Source of the DNA: an uncultured Bacilli bacterium
GTDB lineage: Bacteria; Bacillota_I; Bacilli_A; RF39; UBA660
NCBI GenBank assembly: GCA_944331895.1
Contig: CALVIX010000003.1
Span: 74,953 to 138,952, forward strand
Direction: 5' to 3'
Length of the DNA stretch: 64,000 nucleotides
Shown here: positions 28,701 through 36,680 of the stretch, in pieces
Layout of the letters: each line of letters begins with the position of its first letter
Numbering within the stretch: position 1 is the stretch's first letter
The notes under the pieces: generated by a model
What the model was told of the DNA's origin: nothing
What the model saw: the letters and a program-made list of their open reading frames with translations, nothing else
The model's database searches: none
Made by a program: the position numbers and the translations under genes

Positions 28701-29403
28701 CAAGTAACGCTTCGTCTTTATTCTTGTTTGCATCTTTTTCTAAAGTTCTTTCAAGATATGGATCTTCTCCATATAAAGCGATAATATCTTCGTCGTTTGA
28801 AAGTCCTAATGCACGAAGCAGCGTCGTGATCGGAACTTTTCTCGTACGGTCGATACGAACGTAGATGACATCTCTCGCATCTGTTTCGTACTCCAACCAT
28901 GTTCCTCTCGTTGGAATAATCTGACTTGTAACGACAACGCGTTCGTTCTTGTCGATTTCACGTCCATAGTATGCACTTGGACTACGTACTAATTGAGAGA
29001 CGATAACACGTTCTGCACCATTGATAATGAACGTACCACTCTCCGTCATAATCGGCATATCTCCCAAGTAGATTTCTTGTTCTTTGACCTCTCCTGTTTC
29101 CTGATTGAAAAGTCTTGCCTGTACCTTTAAAGGTGCAGCATAAGTTGCGTATCTTTCCTTGCAACCTTTCATTGAATATCTTGGTTCTTCGAAAGAATAC
29201 TCTCCAAATTCAAGCGAAAGATTCCCAGTAAAACTCTCCACTGGAAAAATATCGTCGAATACTTCTTGAATTCCCTTCGTAATAAACCAATCATAAGATT
29301 TTTTTTGAATTTCTAGCAAATTACCGAGTTCAATTGCGTTTTTAGTTTTTGCGTAATTTCTTCTTTCACGGTGATCACCATATTTTTGTACTGTGTAAGC
29401 CAT
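25768..29403 (-). CDS. rpoB: DNA-directed RNA polymerase subunit beta
   Basis: 1211 aa with canonical beta-subunit blocks ([27 protein letters not shown]) and a ~75-aa acidic C-terminal tail. Confidence 0.97.
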   Translation of the reverse strand: MAYTVQKYGDHRERRNYAKTKNAIELGNLLEIQKKSYDWFITKGIQEVFDDIFPVESFTGNLSLEFGEYSFEEPRYSMKGCKERYATYAAPLKVQARLFNQETGEVKEQEIYLGDMPIMTESGTFIINGAERVIVSQLVRSPSAYYGREIDKNERVVVTSQIIPTRGTWLEYETDARDVIYVRIDRTRKVPITTLLRALGLSNDEDIIALYGEDPYLERTLEKDANKNKDEALLDIHSKLRPGEPSTLDSAKNQLISRFFDSFRYDLARVGRYKFNRKLDVCDRLLGCKLAQDIIVDGKTKFEKGTLVTKEVLAELRGIMSAGYGVKEVTINEDLDTYNKVQIVEVYSKKNPEKVVRIIGNDQTIDVKRLTISDVYASVSYYLNLLEGIGSFDEIDHLSNRRVRQVGELLQNQFRIGISRIERVIRDRMSTQDIEEVTPKSLINIRPLTASIKEFFGSSQLSQFMDQTNPVAELTNKRRLSSLGPGGLSRDRAGMEVRDVNPSHYGRLCPIESPEGPNIGLITSLSSYAKVNEYGFIMTPYRRVDHLTLTDDIVYMTADEELDYNIATATVKVEDGKIVEKRVPVRYRGENIMVNAEEVDYMDVSPQQVVSITTSAIPFLEHDDGKRALMGSNMQRQAIPLLKTEAPRVGTGVEAIAARDSGAVVMAKADGVVDYVDARKIVVKTMGGTDTYYLNGFERSNNGTCYHQVPIVKTGEKVTKGMVIADGPSTDKGEIALGKNVTVAFMNYNGYNYEDAVILNERLVKDDVYTSIHIQDYQIECRDTKLGPEEFTRDIPNVSEEARKNLDENGIIRIGTEVKDDDILVGKVTPKGMAELTSEEKLLHAIFGEKTREVRDTSLRVPHGGEGIVHDIKIFTKEDSDELPAGVSKIVRVYIVQKRKISVGDKMAGRHGNKGVISLILPEEDMPYLPDGRPVDILLNPLGVPSRMNIGQILEMHLGYAAQTLDCYMATPVFDGANREEIIDALREAGLPEDGKEWLHDGRTGELFDNRISVGVMYMIKLHHMVDDKLHARSTGPYSLVTQQPLGGKAQFGGQRFGEMEVWALYAYGAAHVLKEMMTIKSDDVVGRVKVYEALVKGTPIPKSGIPESFRVLIKEFQALGLDITVLDQDGNYKELKELEEEDDEPYLSTDEIEKNKTEEVVEEPSEDTEATDDEENEFEDQLDEMDDEDIEPTEDEIDALENDMIEEDED

Positions 29404-29475
29404 TTATTCACCCCTATACCTATCGTAAAACACAAATTACATATACTCTTCATAAGTACATGTCGCCAATTTATA

Positions 29476-29504
29476 ATTTTAGCAGAACACGTGCAAATTG
29501 TCAA
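29476..29504 (-). promoter_or_regulatory. Consensus sigma-A promoter upstream of rpoB
   Basis: Minus strand TTGACA, 17 nt, TAAAAT. It overlaps the 3' end of the methyltransferase gene. Confidence 0.6.
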
Positions 29505-30091
29505 CGCTTCACTGCCCGAATTATAAAAAAACCACGCGATTTATTTCTTATTTCCACTTCATATTCTTTTTCTAACGCTTTCGCGGTACTTTTCGCTCCT
29601 TGATCCTTATGAATCACGATCCATAACTCGCCACGTTCTTTCAGATGTTCCTTCGCTCCAAACAATAACTGATAAAGAATTTCTTTTCCTACCCGAATCG
29701 GTGGATTACTTACGATCACATCGTACTTCTTCTCAATGTTCTTATATCCATCGCTTTTAAAGATATTTACATCTACATCATTTGCTTGGGCATTTTCTAA
29801 AGCGAGCGATAAAGCTCTTTCATTCACATCCGACATATCCACTATAAAACTAGGTCGTTCTTTTTTGATGCAGATTCCGATTGGACCATATCCGCACCCC
29901 AAATCTAAAATATCCCCACTCCACTTTTCCAGTGGAATTGTATCTAGTAAAATATGTGTTCCTAAATCCAACCCTTTTTTAGCAAACACACCCGCATCTG
30001 TATAAAATGTATATTCTAGATTTCGAATTCGAATTTTCGTCTTTCGTTTGTCACTTTTCAAGGCTGCATCATTTTCAAAATAATGTCCCAT
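29501..30091 (-). CDS. Class I SAM-dependent methyltransferase (RsmC/YbxB-like)
   Basis: ILDLGCGYGPIG (motif I) and VSNPPIRVG (motif IV). Sits in the conserved slot between rplL and rpoB, as ybxB does in Bacillus. The track start is TTG at 30124; ATG at 30091 (MGHYFEN) is more likely. Confidence 0.75.
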   Translation of the reverse strand: MGHYFENDAALKSDKRKTKIRIRNLEYTFYTDAGVFAKKGLDLGTHILLDTIPLEKWSGDILDLGCGYGPIGICIKKERPSFIVDMSDVNERALSLALENAQANDVDVNIFKSDGYKNIEKKYDVIVSNPPIRVGKEILYQLLFGAKEHLKERGELWIVIHKDQGAKSTAKALEKEYEVEIRNKSRGFFIIRAVKR

Positions 30092-30227
30092 ATCATCCCT
30101 ACTTATCATCTGATTCAAAGGCAAAAAAGCGGTCTATCGCCACATGACAATATCCCATTTAACACCCTTTCATAAACGGTGAAAGCCCATACTAAAAATC
30201 TTAGTACAGGCCTACCCATAAATATCA

Positions 30228-30599
30228 TTATTGTAATTCTACAGTAGCTCCAGCTTCTTCGAATTTTGCTTTTAATTCGTTAGCTTCGTCAGTAGAAACA
30301 TTTTCTTTAACAGCTCCACCATTATCAGCGATTGCTTTAGCTTCTTTTAATCCTAAACCAGTGATGTCACGAACAATCTTGATAACAGCAATTTTATTAG
30401 CACCAGCTGAAGTCAATACTACGTTAACTGTGCTTGGTCCTTCAGTTGCAGCTTCACCAGCAGCAGGAGCTGCAGCAACTGCTACCGCACTTGGATCTAC
30501 ACCAAATTCCTCTTTCATTGCATCTACTAATTCTTTTACTTCAAGAATTGTCATTTCTTTTAAGCTGTTAATAAAATCTTCTTTTGTAATTTTTGCCAT
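30228..30599 (-). CDS. rplL: 50S ribosomal protein L7/L12
   Basis: 123 aa; MAKITKEDFINSLKEMTILEVKELV... with an Ala/Pro hinge and LKEAK. Confidence 0.95.
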   Translation of the reverse strand: MAKITKEDFINSLKEMTILEVKELVDAMKEEFGVDPSAVAVAAAPAAGEAATEGPSTVNVVLTSAGANKIAVIKIVRDITGLGLKEAKAIADNGGAVKENVSTDEANELKAKFEEAGATVELQ

Positions 30600-30633
30600 T
30601 TTCTTTCCTCCTCTTTCTTAATTTACTCATTTA

Positions 30634-31128
30634 TTATTTTTCTTCTAACTGTTGACTATATAAGTCTAAACAAATTGATAAATCGCGTACTGTTCCCATA
30701 AGACCACCTGCAAGCATTGTAAGTAATCCTTCTCTTGATGGGACAGAAGCAAGCTCTTTTAACATTGCAAGATCTGCGATTTCTCCATCGACGATTCCCA
30801 CCTTTAATTGTAGTGCTTCGTTCGTCTTTGCAAAGTCATTTAAAACTTTAATTGGCGCTACTGCATCGCTACCAAACGCGATTGCTTTTGGACCAACTAA
30901 TTCATCATCGATGTGGATATCTAACGTATCTAATGCTCTTTTTGTCAAAGTATTTTTATAAATCTTTAACTCAGAATCACATTCGCGCAATTTTCTACGA
31001 ATCGCTTTCATATCTGCATCTGTTAATTTTGCATATTCAAAGAATACGACAGATGAAGCATTTTTTACATTTTCTGCGATTTCCTCAACGATCTTTTGTT
31101 TCTGCTCTAAAATCTTTTGATTTGCCAT
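30634..31128 (-). CDS. rplJ: 50S ribosomal protein L10
   Basis: 164 aa. Sequence and position (upstream of rplL) are typical. Confidence 0.93.
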   Translation of the reverse strand: MANQKILEQKQKIVEEIAENVKNASSVVFFEYAKLTDADMKAIRRKLRECDSELKIYKNTLTKRALDTLDIHIDDELVGPKAIAFGSDAVAPIKVLNDFAKTNEALQLKVGIVDGEIADLAMLKELASVPSREGLLTMLAGGLMGTVRDLSICLDLYSQQLEEK

Positions 31129-31273
31129 ACTACACCTCTCTTTCTCAAGTGTAGCACCGTATAAAAACTCCCACGAGTTACCGCAGGAGTTCCAAAGACT
31201 TAATCTTAAGTTCCTCGGTAGGAAAATTTTAAGCTTTCGCTCCCACTGTCTACGGTACTAATATTTCTCACAT
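31129..31273 (-). promoter_or_regulatory. rplJ leader (L10-leader-like) with a putative attenuator hairpin
   Basis: A ~145-nt 5' UTR lies between a consensus promoter and rplJ. AACTCC-14 nt-GGAGTT followed by TTTAT is at 31161-31191. Firmicute rplJL operons carry an L10(L12)4-responsive leader. Confidence 0.45.
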
Positions 31274-31279
31274 GTATTC

Positions 31280-31308
31280 ATTATAACAGATAATATCTTA
31301 GTTGTCAA
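31280..31308 (-). promoter_or_regulatory. Consensus sigma-A promoter of rplJ-rplL
   Basis: Minus strand TTGACA, 17 nt, TATAAT. The -35 overlaps the rplA stop. Confidence 0.65.
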
Positions 31309-31993
31309 AACTATTTAAATCAATTTTAATTCCAGGCCCCATTGTTGAAGATACACTAATGTTTTTAATGTATGTTCCTTTCACAGCAGCTGGTTTTAAT
31401 TTTGTAATTAAAGATACAAAGCTTGTTAAATTTTCTAGTAATTGTTCATCTGTGAATGAAACCTTACCGATGATAACTGCAACATTTCCGAATGAATCAG
31501 CACGGTATTCTACACGTCCTTTTTTAACATCCTCTACAGCTTTTTTCGTATCCATCGTTACAGTTCCAGTCTTAGGGTTTGGCATTAAACCTTTTGGTCC
31601 TAACACCTTACCAATTTTACCTAAAGCAGGCATCATATCTGGAGTAGCAATCATCGTATCAAATTCAAACCAGTTTTCGTTTACGATCTTGTCTAAGTAA
31701 TCTTGATCTCCAACGTAGTCAGCTCCAGCTTCTTTTGCAGCTTTCGCAGCTTCTCCTTTCGCAATTACTAATACTCTTTTTGTCTTACCAGTTCCATTTG
31801 GAAGCACTGTTGCTCCTCTTAACTGTTGATCAGCTTTCTTTGTATCGAGATTTAATCTCATTACTAATTCTACTGAAGCATCAAAACTTGTCGTAGAAGT
31901 TTCTTTGACTAATTTTACTGCTTCTTCTTTTGTGTAAGCTTTTCCTTTTTCAAGTTTTTTACAAGCTTCTACATACTTTTTACTTTTTTTCAT
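31298..31993 (-). CDS. rplA: 50S ribosomal protein L1
   Basis: 231 aa; [10 protein letters not shown]...[16 protein letters not shown]. Confidence 0.95.
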   Translation of the reverse strand: MKKSKKYVEACKKLEKGKAYTKEEAVKLVKETSTTSFDASVELVMRLNLDTKKADQQLRGATVLPNGTGKTKRVLVIAKGEAAKAAKEAGADYVGDQDYLDKIVNENWFEFDTMIATPDMMPALGKIGKVLGPKGLMPNPKTGTVTMDTKKAVEDVKKGRVEYRADSFGNVAVIIGKVSFTDEQLLENLTSFVSLITKLKPAAVKGTYIKNISVSSTMGPGIKIDLNSFDN

Positions 31994-32065
31994 TTTTTAC
32001 CTCCTTATGTGGTGATTGACGGAAGAATGCGGACATTTTCCTCCCACTAGGTTCACCTATTTTTC

Positions 32066-32491
32066 TTAGTCTTCTACCTTGATTCCCATGTTACGAGCTG
32101 TACCTTCCACAATTTTCATTGCTTCTTCTACAGTGTATGCATTTAAATCAGGTAATTTAATCTCAGCAATTTCTCTCAATTGCTCTTTTGTAATTGTAGC
32201 AACGATTTCTTTTGATCCTTTTCCAGAACCAGATTTAATCTTAGCAACTTTCTTAAGTAAGAATGCTGCTGGTGGAGTTTTGATTACAAAGTCGAATGTT
32301 CTATCTTCGTAAATAGTGATTTCAACTGGTAATACATCTCCCATCTTATCTTTCGTTGCATCGTTATATTTTGTACAGAACTCCTGTAAGTTGATTCCAG
32401 CAGGTCCTAAAACCGTACCAACTGGTGGTGCTGGTGTTGCCTTTCCAGCAGGAATTTGTAATTTAATCTTTTTTGTTACTTGATTTGCCAC
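32066..32491 (-). CDS. rplK: 50S ribosomal protein L11
   Basis: [28 protein letters not shown] at 32491 lies 6 nt downstream of AGGAGGTG. The track start at 32500 lies inside the RBS. Confidence 0.93.
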   Translation of the reverse strand: MANQVTKKIKLQIPAGKATPAPPVGTVLGPAGINLQEFCTKYNDATKDKMGDVLPVEITIYEDRTFDFVIKTPPAAFLLKKVAKIKSGSGKGSKEIVATITKEQLREIAEIKLPDLNAYTVEEAMKIVEGTARNMGIKVED

Positions 32492-32636
32492 GAAAAACAC
32501 CTCCTATTATTTTTTTCGCGAGTGGTCCTAATGCATCCGCTTACATATGCTCCCACTTGTCAATTTCTATATATAAAATCAAATATATAGCTAGTACATA
32601 ATAACATATTTCTCTTTATTTGTAAATATGTCTTTT

Positions 32637-33170
32637 CTAAGCTCTTTCGATCTCTGTTAATTTCAATTCGACAATCGTCTCTTGACCGAATAAATCGAGT
32701 GCAACTTCGACTTCTTGATTTTCCATATTGATCTTTTTCACTTTACCGAACATTCCAGAAAATGGTCCACTGATTACCTTTACCATATCATCGATATTTA
32801 ATTCGTTTCCAATTTCAAGGCGACTCATTCCCATGCTTCCTAAAATCTTATCGACTTCTTGCGGTGTTAACGGGAAAGGTTTTGCCCCACGACCAGAAGA
32901 TCCGATAAATCCTGTAACTCCCGGCGTATTACGAACGATAAACCATGCTTCATCACTCATTACCATCTCAACTAAGATGTAACCAGGAAACATCTTCTTT
33001 ACTTTCTCTTTCTTCTCTCCATCTTTTACTTCTATTTCTTTTTGTTCTGGAACGACAACACGATAGATGTAGTCTTCCATCCCCATCGTGCTCGCACGCA
33101 TCTCTAACTTTTCTTTTACCTTATTCTCATGTCCTGAATAAGTATTCACTACATACCATTCTTTTTGCAT
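32637..33170 (-). CDS. nusG: Transcription termination/antitermination factor NusG
   Basis: 177 aa; WYVVNTYSGHENKV, KOW-type C-terminus. Confidence 0.93.
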   Translation of the reverse strand: MQKEWYVVNTYSGHENKVKEKLEMRASTMGMEDYIYRVVVPEQKEIEVKDGEKKEKVKKMFPGYILVEMVMSDEAWFIVRNTPGVTGFIGSSGRGAKPFPLTPQEVDKILGSMGMSRLEIGNELNIDDMVKVISGPFSGMFGKVKKINMENQEVEVALDLFGQETIVELKLTEIERA

Positions 33171-33171
33171 A

Positions 33172-33351
33172 TTATCCCACCAACGTCCTAATTCCAGCTA
33201 AAATAAAATCAGTTAAAGAAAAGAAGATCCCAAAGAAGATGACATATCCAATTGTCGCCGTTGAATATGTAATCATCTCTTTCTTGTTTGGAAAGCGAAC
33301 TTTTTTCATCTCACGTTTTACACTCATGAAAAATTTACCAATCTTTTTCAT
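33172..33351 (-). CDS. secE: Preprotein translocase subunit SecE (59 aa; below the track cutoff)
   Basis: My translation: MKKIGKFFMSVKREMKKVRFPNKKEMITYSTATIGYVIFFGIFFSLTDFILAGIRTLVG. The stop is 1 nt before the nusG start. Confidence 0.85.
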   Translation of the reverse strand: MKKIGKFFMSVKREMKKVRFPNKKEMITYSTATIGYVIFFGIFFSLTDFILAGIRTLVG

Positions 33352-33542
33352 ATTTTCACCTACGATTCATTTTATGTGTTTTCCAAAATAAAAACACTAT
33401 CAACGTGTCTACATATAATGTAACACGAGCTAGTGCTTTTGTCAATTCATTCTGTTATCTTTTTCAAAAAAGATAGGTTTTAAGAAAAGCACATACAAAT
33501 CACGTATATGCTTGATACTTCTTTGAGGTCATCGGTATCATT

Positions 33543-34049
33543 TTACTTCGTGTATTGTTTAGCTTTTTCTTCTGTATTCCTTAAACTGTCACTCTTAATA
33601 CGTTCAATAATTTCAACGACATCTTCATCAGCAAACTCACTCTTTAACAAATCTTCCTTCGTCAAGTAAGTCGAAATCGGTTTTTTTTGTTCAACATCAA
33701 TAGAAAAAACCCCAACTTCCGCAATACTACACTTCTCATCTTCCATCGTCTTTTCATGATAACAATTATTAGATAAAACATCTATATAGTGGTTAGCATG
33801 ATTATCTTTATCTAAACGTGTTTCAAATTTGTAATCTCCATAAGTCACCGTAGGACGGACAATCAAAATATCATCATTCGAATCTGTAATCACATAAGCA
33901 TCTTCTAAAACAGTCCCCTCTAATAAACTAGGCGTACTAACAACTTCTTCACTATTATTAGAAGAACATCCAACGATACCACTACTAGCTAAAACTACTG
34001 CACTTCCAAATAATACTCTTTTCATTCCACGATATAAATTTAATTTCAT
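33543..34049 (-). CDS. Lipoprotein, unknown function
   Basis: Lipobox GIVGC after a signal sequence. RBS AAGGAG. Confidence 0.6.
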   Translation of the reverse strand: MKLNLYRGMKRVLFGSAVVLASSGIVGCSSNNSEEVVSTPSLLEGTVLEDAYVITDSNDDILIVRPTVTYGDYKFETRLDKDNHANHYIDVLSNNCYHEKTMEDEKCSIAEVGVFSIDVEQKKPISTYLTKEDLLKSEFADEDVVEIIERIKSDSLRNTEEKAKQYTK

Positions 34050-34165
34050 AAATAACTCCTTAAAAAAATTTTTATCTATAATAGCACAAAAAAATAAAAA
34101 GTCAACTTCTGATCATAACGTGTTTTTGCATTATTGTACGTTGCGACAAGGCGACCTCATTCATA

Positions 34166-34198
34166 TAGAAAAAGAAGCTTATGCTTATGCCCAGCTTC
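34166..34198 (-). terminator. Terminator of the pilin pair
   Basis: Minus strand GAAGCT-13 nt-AGCTTC followed by TTTTTC. Confidence 0.5.
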
Positions 34199-34245
34199 CT
34201 TATTTCCTTATTTCCTTACTTCCTTGCTTCTTTCATGTTTTTAAC

Positions 34246-35172
34246 TCAATACCCTATAATTTGATTTCCACTTCCGAGTGACGATGTCCAAGCCGCCTGA
34301 TAATTTGCAAGCGATTCTTGTGGTACGCGAATCGTAACATCTGATTTTAAGTTTTTAAAGGTTCCATTCGTCCCCTCGATAATCGTCGGAACTTCCGTAG
34401 ACGTAAATGTGATCGTCTGCAGAGCAGTCGCTCCTTCAAAAACCCAATTATCCAATATCACGACAGATGGTGGGAATGTAATAAAGTTTAGTTGCGTCTC
34501 ATCTTTGAATGCATACGTATTGATCTTTTGAATTCCATCTGGCATATAGATCGTCGCAAGTGGTAGTGGCGTTCCATCTGGTTTGGAAACAAAACTATAT
34601 TCCCATAAAGGTGTTCCTGCGATGCTAGACGGTAAAATCAAATCTTGGCTAGTTCCATTATAAATAATTCCTGACGTAGTCTCATCTAACGCTAATGTCA
34701 CATCGGTTTCTAACTGCCTTGTTCCATCGATTAACGCCTGTTGAATATCTGGAACATATGCATACTCTGGATATGTTAAATCCGCACTCGTCGAACATTC
34801 TCCGTCTTGAATCGATACTTTAGAATCATCATATTCTTTCGAAATACACCAATCTTCCGTTTGGACCAATACTTTAATTTGACCTTTCGCATTCACGACG
34901 ATCGTTCCATCTCCTTCGAGTTCTCCGTCATAATCAACGTCCGGACTCAAAGTACCTTCTCGTACGACGTACATCTTAGAAAAATTGATCGTATCATACG
35001 ATTTATTCATATCGATCGCCTTTAATAAACTTTGATAACTATTTCGCATCGTACTCTTCCTACTCTCATTTACCGAATCCATCACGATTGGAACGGCAAT
35101 CAAGCTGATGATGGCAAGCACTATCATAACGCCCAATAGTTCTAACAACGTAAATCCTTTATTTGATCTCAT
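34246..35172 (-). CDS. Type IV pilin-like protein fused to BspA-type leucine-rich repeats
   Basis: MRSNKG|FTLLELLGVMIVLAIISLIAVPIV (prepilin cleavage/methylation motif). A pilin module ending WCISKEYDDSKVSIQDGECS. C-terminal repeats of the IxxxAFxxCxxL type (INTYAFKDETQLNFITFP, LDNWVFEGATALQTITF). Confidence 0.65.
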   Translation of the reverse strand: MRSNKGFTLLELLGVMIVLAIISLIAVPIVMDSVNESRKSTMRNSYQSLLKAIDMNKSYDTINFSKMYVVREGTLSPDVDYDGELEGDGTIVVNAKGQIKVLVQTEDWCISKEYDDSKVSIQDGECSTSADLTYPEYAYVPDIQQALIDGTRQLETDVTLALDETTSGIIYNGTSQDLILPSSIAGTPLWEYSFVSKPDGTPLPLATIYMPDGIQKINTYAFKDETQLNFITFPPSVVILDNWVFEGATALQTITFTSTEVPTIIEGTNGTFKNLKSDVTIRVPQESLANYQAAWTSSLGSGNQIIGY

Positions 35173-35190
35173 TCTACACTCTCCTAACCC

Positions 35191-35565
35191 CTAAGAACAA
35201 GTTCCATCTTCTACTATGATCTTTTTATCATCTTTTCCTTTTTTGGCACAATATTTTCCATTCGTGATAGAAATTGTAATTTCTCCTTCTTCTGTCACTG
35301 CGATCGTACCTTCTCCTTCGATCTTTCCTTTTACGGATAGTGCTGGTGTCACTTTGCCATCTTTCACAGTATAAGTCTGCGCAACACCATATTCCCTTTC
35401 TACGTTAACTGCTCTTAATAATCCATTCACACTCGAACCAAAAGACTCTTTTCGTGCCTTTTCAATACTACTATACACAATTGGTGTCACCATCACTGCA
35501 ATAAGTGCCAGCAAAATAACAACTACTAATAATTCTATCAGCGTAAAACCATTTTTTCTTTTCAT
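35191..35565 (-). CDS. Type IV pilin / pseudopilin (124 aa, minimal module)
   Basis: MKRKNG|FTLIELLVVVILLALIAVMVTPIV. C-terminal Cys pair (YCAKKG...DGTCS). Confidence 0.7.
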   Translation of the reverse strand: MKRKNGFTLIELLVVVILLALIAVMVTPIVYSSIEKARKESFGSSVNGLLRAVNVEREYGVAQTYTVKDGKVTPALSVKGKIEGEGTIAVTEEGEITISITNGKYCAKKGKDDKKIIVEDGTCS

Positions 35566-35636
35566 ATTATCCCTACTTTACTATTTCTAATCTATCATAA
35601 TTTCTATTATTTTTCAATCATTCGTTTCTTTTTTTC

Positions 35637-35665
35637 AAAACAAAAAGCGATTTTAGATCGCTTTT
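35637..35665 (-). terminator. Terminator after the YihY-family gene (palindromic, possibly bidirectional)
   Basis: AAAAGCGAT-tttag-ATCGCTTTT; on the minus strand it is followed by TTTTTGTTTTG. Confidence 0.6.
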
Positions 35666-35794
35666 ACGTTTCATTGATACGTCTCGTTTCCATTCAAAGG
35701 AGATATTACCAAAATTGTATACTTACTAGTTCACAGTTAAACTATTCACCTACACAGTAGCCTGTAACCAATACATATTGGTAATCGATATGTA

Positions 35795-36652
35795 TCATTC
35801 CTTAGTCTTCTCAAGCTCTTCCGTATTATCCGGACCACTTTTTTCCATCGCTTGATAATACTCTGTATTGATTGCTATTCCAATTACGATACCATATGCC
35901 AAAATGTAGATCCAAATCATCATGACAATCAAACTAGACATACCGCCATAAAAAATATCATAATTGACGAAATGGCTGACATAATATGAATAGATTGCCG
36001 TTGCTAGCACCCAACTTAATGTCGTAAACCATGCTCCACGATTTACATATTTACTTGGAACATGATGCGATGGTGCCATCGTATATAATAGCTTAATCAT
36101 AAAGAAAATCACAACGATGGAAATCGGCCACTTAGCGAGACGGAAAATCGAATATAAATTATACCCAATATCTTGAAAGATACCAAGATCTAAAATAGAT
36201 TTTACAATCACATTACCAAACGCTAAAACAATAATGATAAAGAAAAATAACATCACTAAATTTACAGTTAGAAATAACGCTTTTACTCTTCCGTATAAAT
36301 AACTTTTTTGCTTCATCTCATATAACGTATCTGATGCGACTGTAATCGAATAAGCACCATTACTTGCGATTAAAAAACCGATAATAATGAAAAACCAAAC
36401 ATTAGAGTCGATCGTTCTTCCATTGACAAATGGCAATAACAATTCCGTCACTTCGGATGGCAACGTATTTTCCATCGCTTCCATGATCGTATGTAAATCA
36501 AACGAAAAAAGAGATGCGATGAATCCGATAATCGTAATAATTGGTACGACTGAAAGTACCAAGAAGAACGCTAAATGTCCTGGTAATATCGTCATCGACG
36601 GTCTTCTAATAATTGCGATTAACTTTTTCATGATCTCTTTTATTCTGTTCAT
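35795..36652 (-). CDS. YihY/BrkB family membrane protein
   Basis: 285 aa, polytopic. N-terminus ...MTILPGHLAFFLVLSVVPII is typical of the family. Confidence 0.65.
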   Translation of the reverse strand: MNRIKEIMKKLIAIIRRPSMTILPGHLAFFLVLSVVPIITIIGFIASLFSFDLHTIMEAMENTLPSEVTELLLPFVNGRTIDSNVWFFIIIGFLIASNGAYSITVASDTLYEMKQKSYLYGRVKALFLTVNLVMLFFFIIIVLAFGNVIVKSILDLGIFQDIGYNLYSIFRLAKWPISIVVIFFMIKLLYTMAPSHHVPSKYVNRGAWFTTLSWVLATAIYSYYVSHFVNYDIFYGGMSSLIVMMIWIYILAYGIVIGIAINTEYYQAMEKSGPDNTEELEKTKE

Positions 36653-36680
36653 ATTATCCCTCTTTATACTACATTTATCA

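Noticed and set aside
32501-32636. Possible L1-binding autoregulatory leader upstream of rplK
   Set aside because: A GGGAG-containing segment is present, but I could not define a convincing promoter or an L1-stalk mimic by eye. It needs a covariance-model search.
32945-33391. 148-aa plus-strand ORF spanning nusG, secE and their upstream region
   Set aside because: It is antisense to two well-supported genes and crosses an intergenic promoter region. There is no start context.
33361-33542. Expected rpmG (L33) upstream of secE
   Set aside because: Neither strand of this spacer has an L33-like frame. It holds only a possible promoter (TTGACA...TACATT) and weak AT-rich hairpins.
35768-35790. 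Palindrome ACCAATA-cat-TATTGGT just after the yihY-family stop
   Set aside because: The stem is short (7 bp) with no U-tract and no second copy in the window. That is insufficient to call an operator or terminator.
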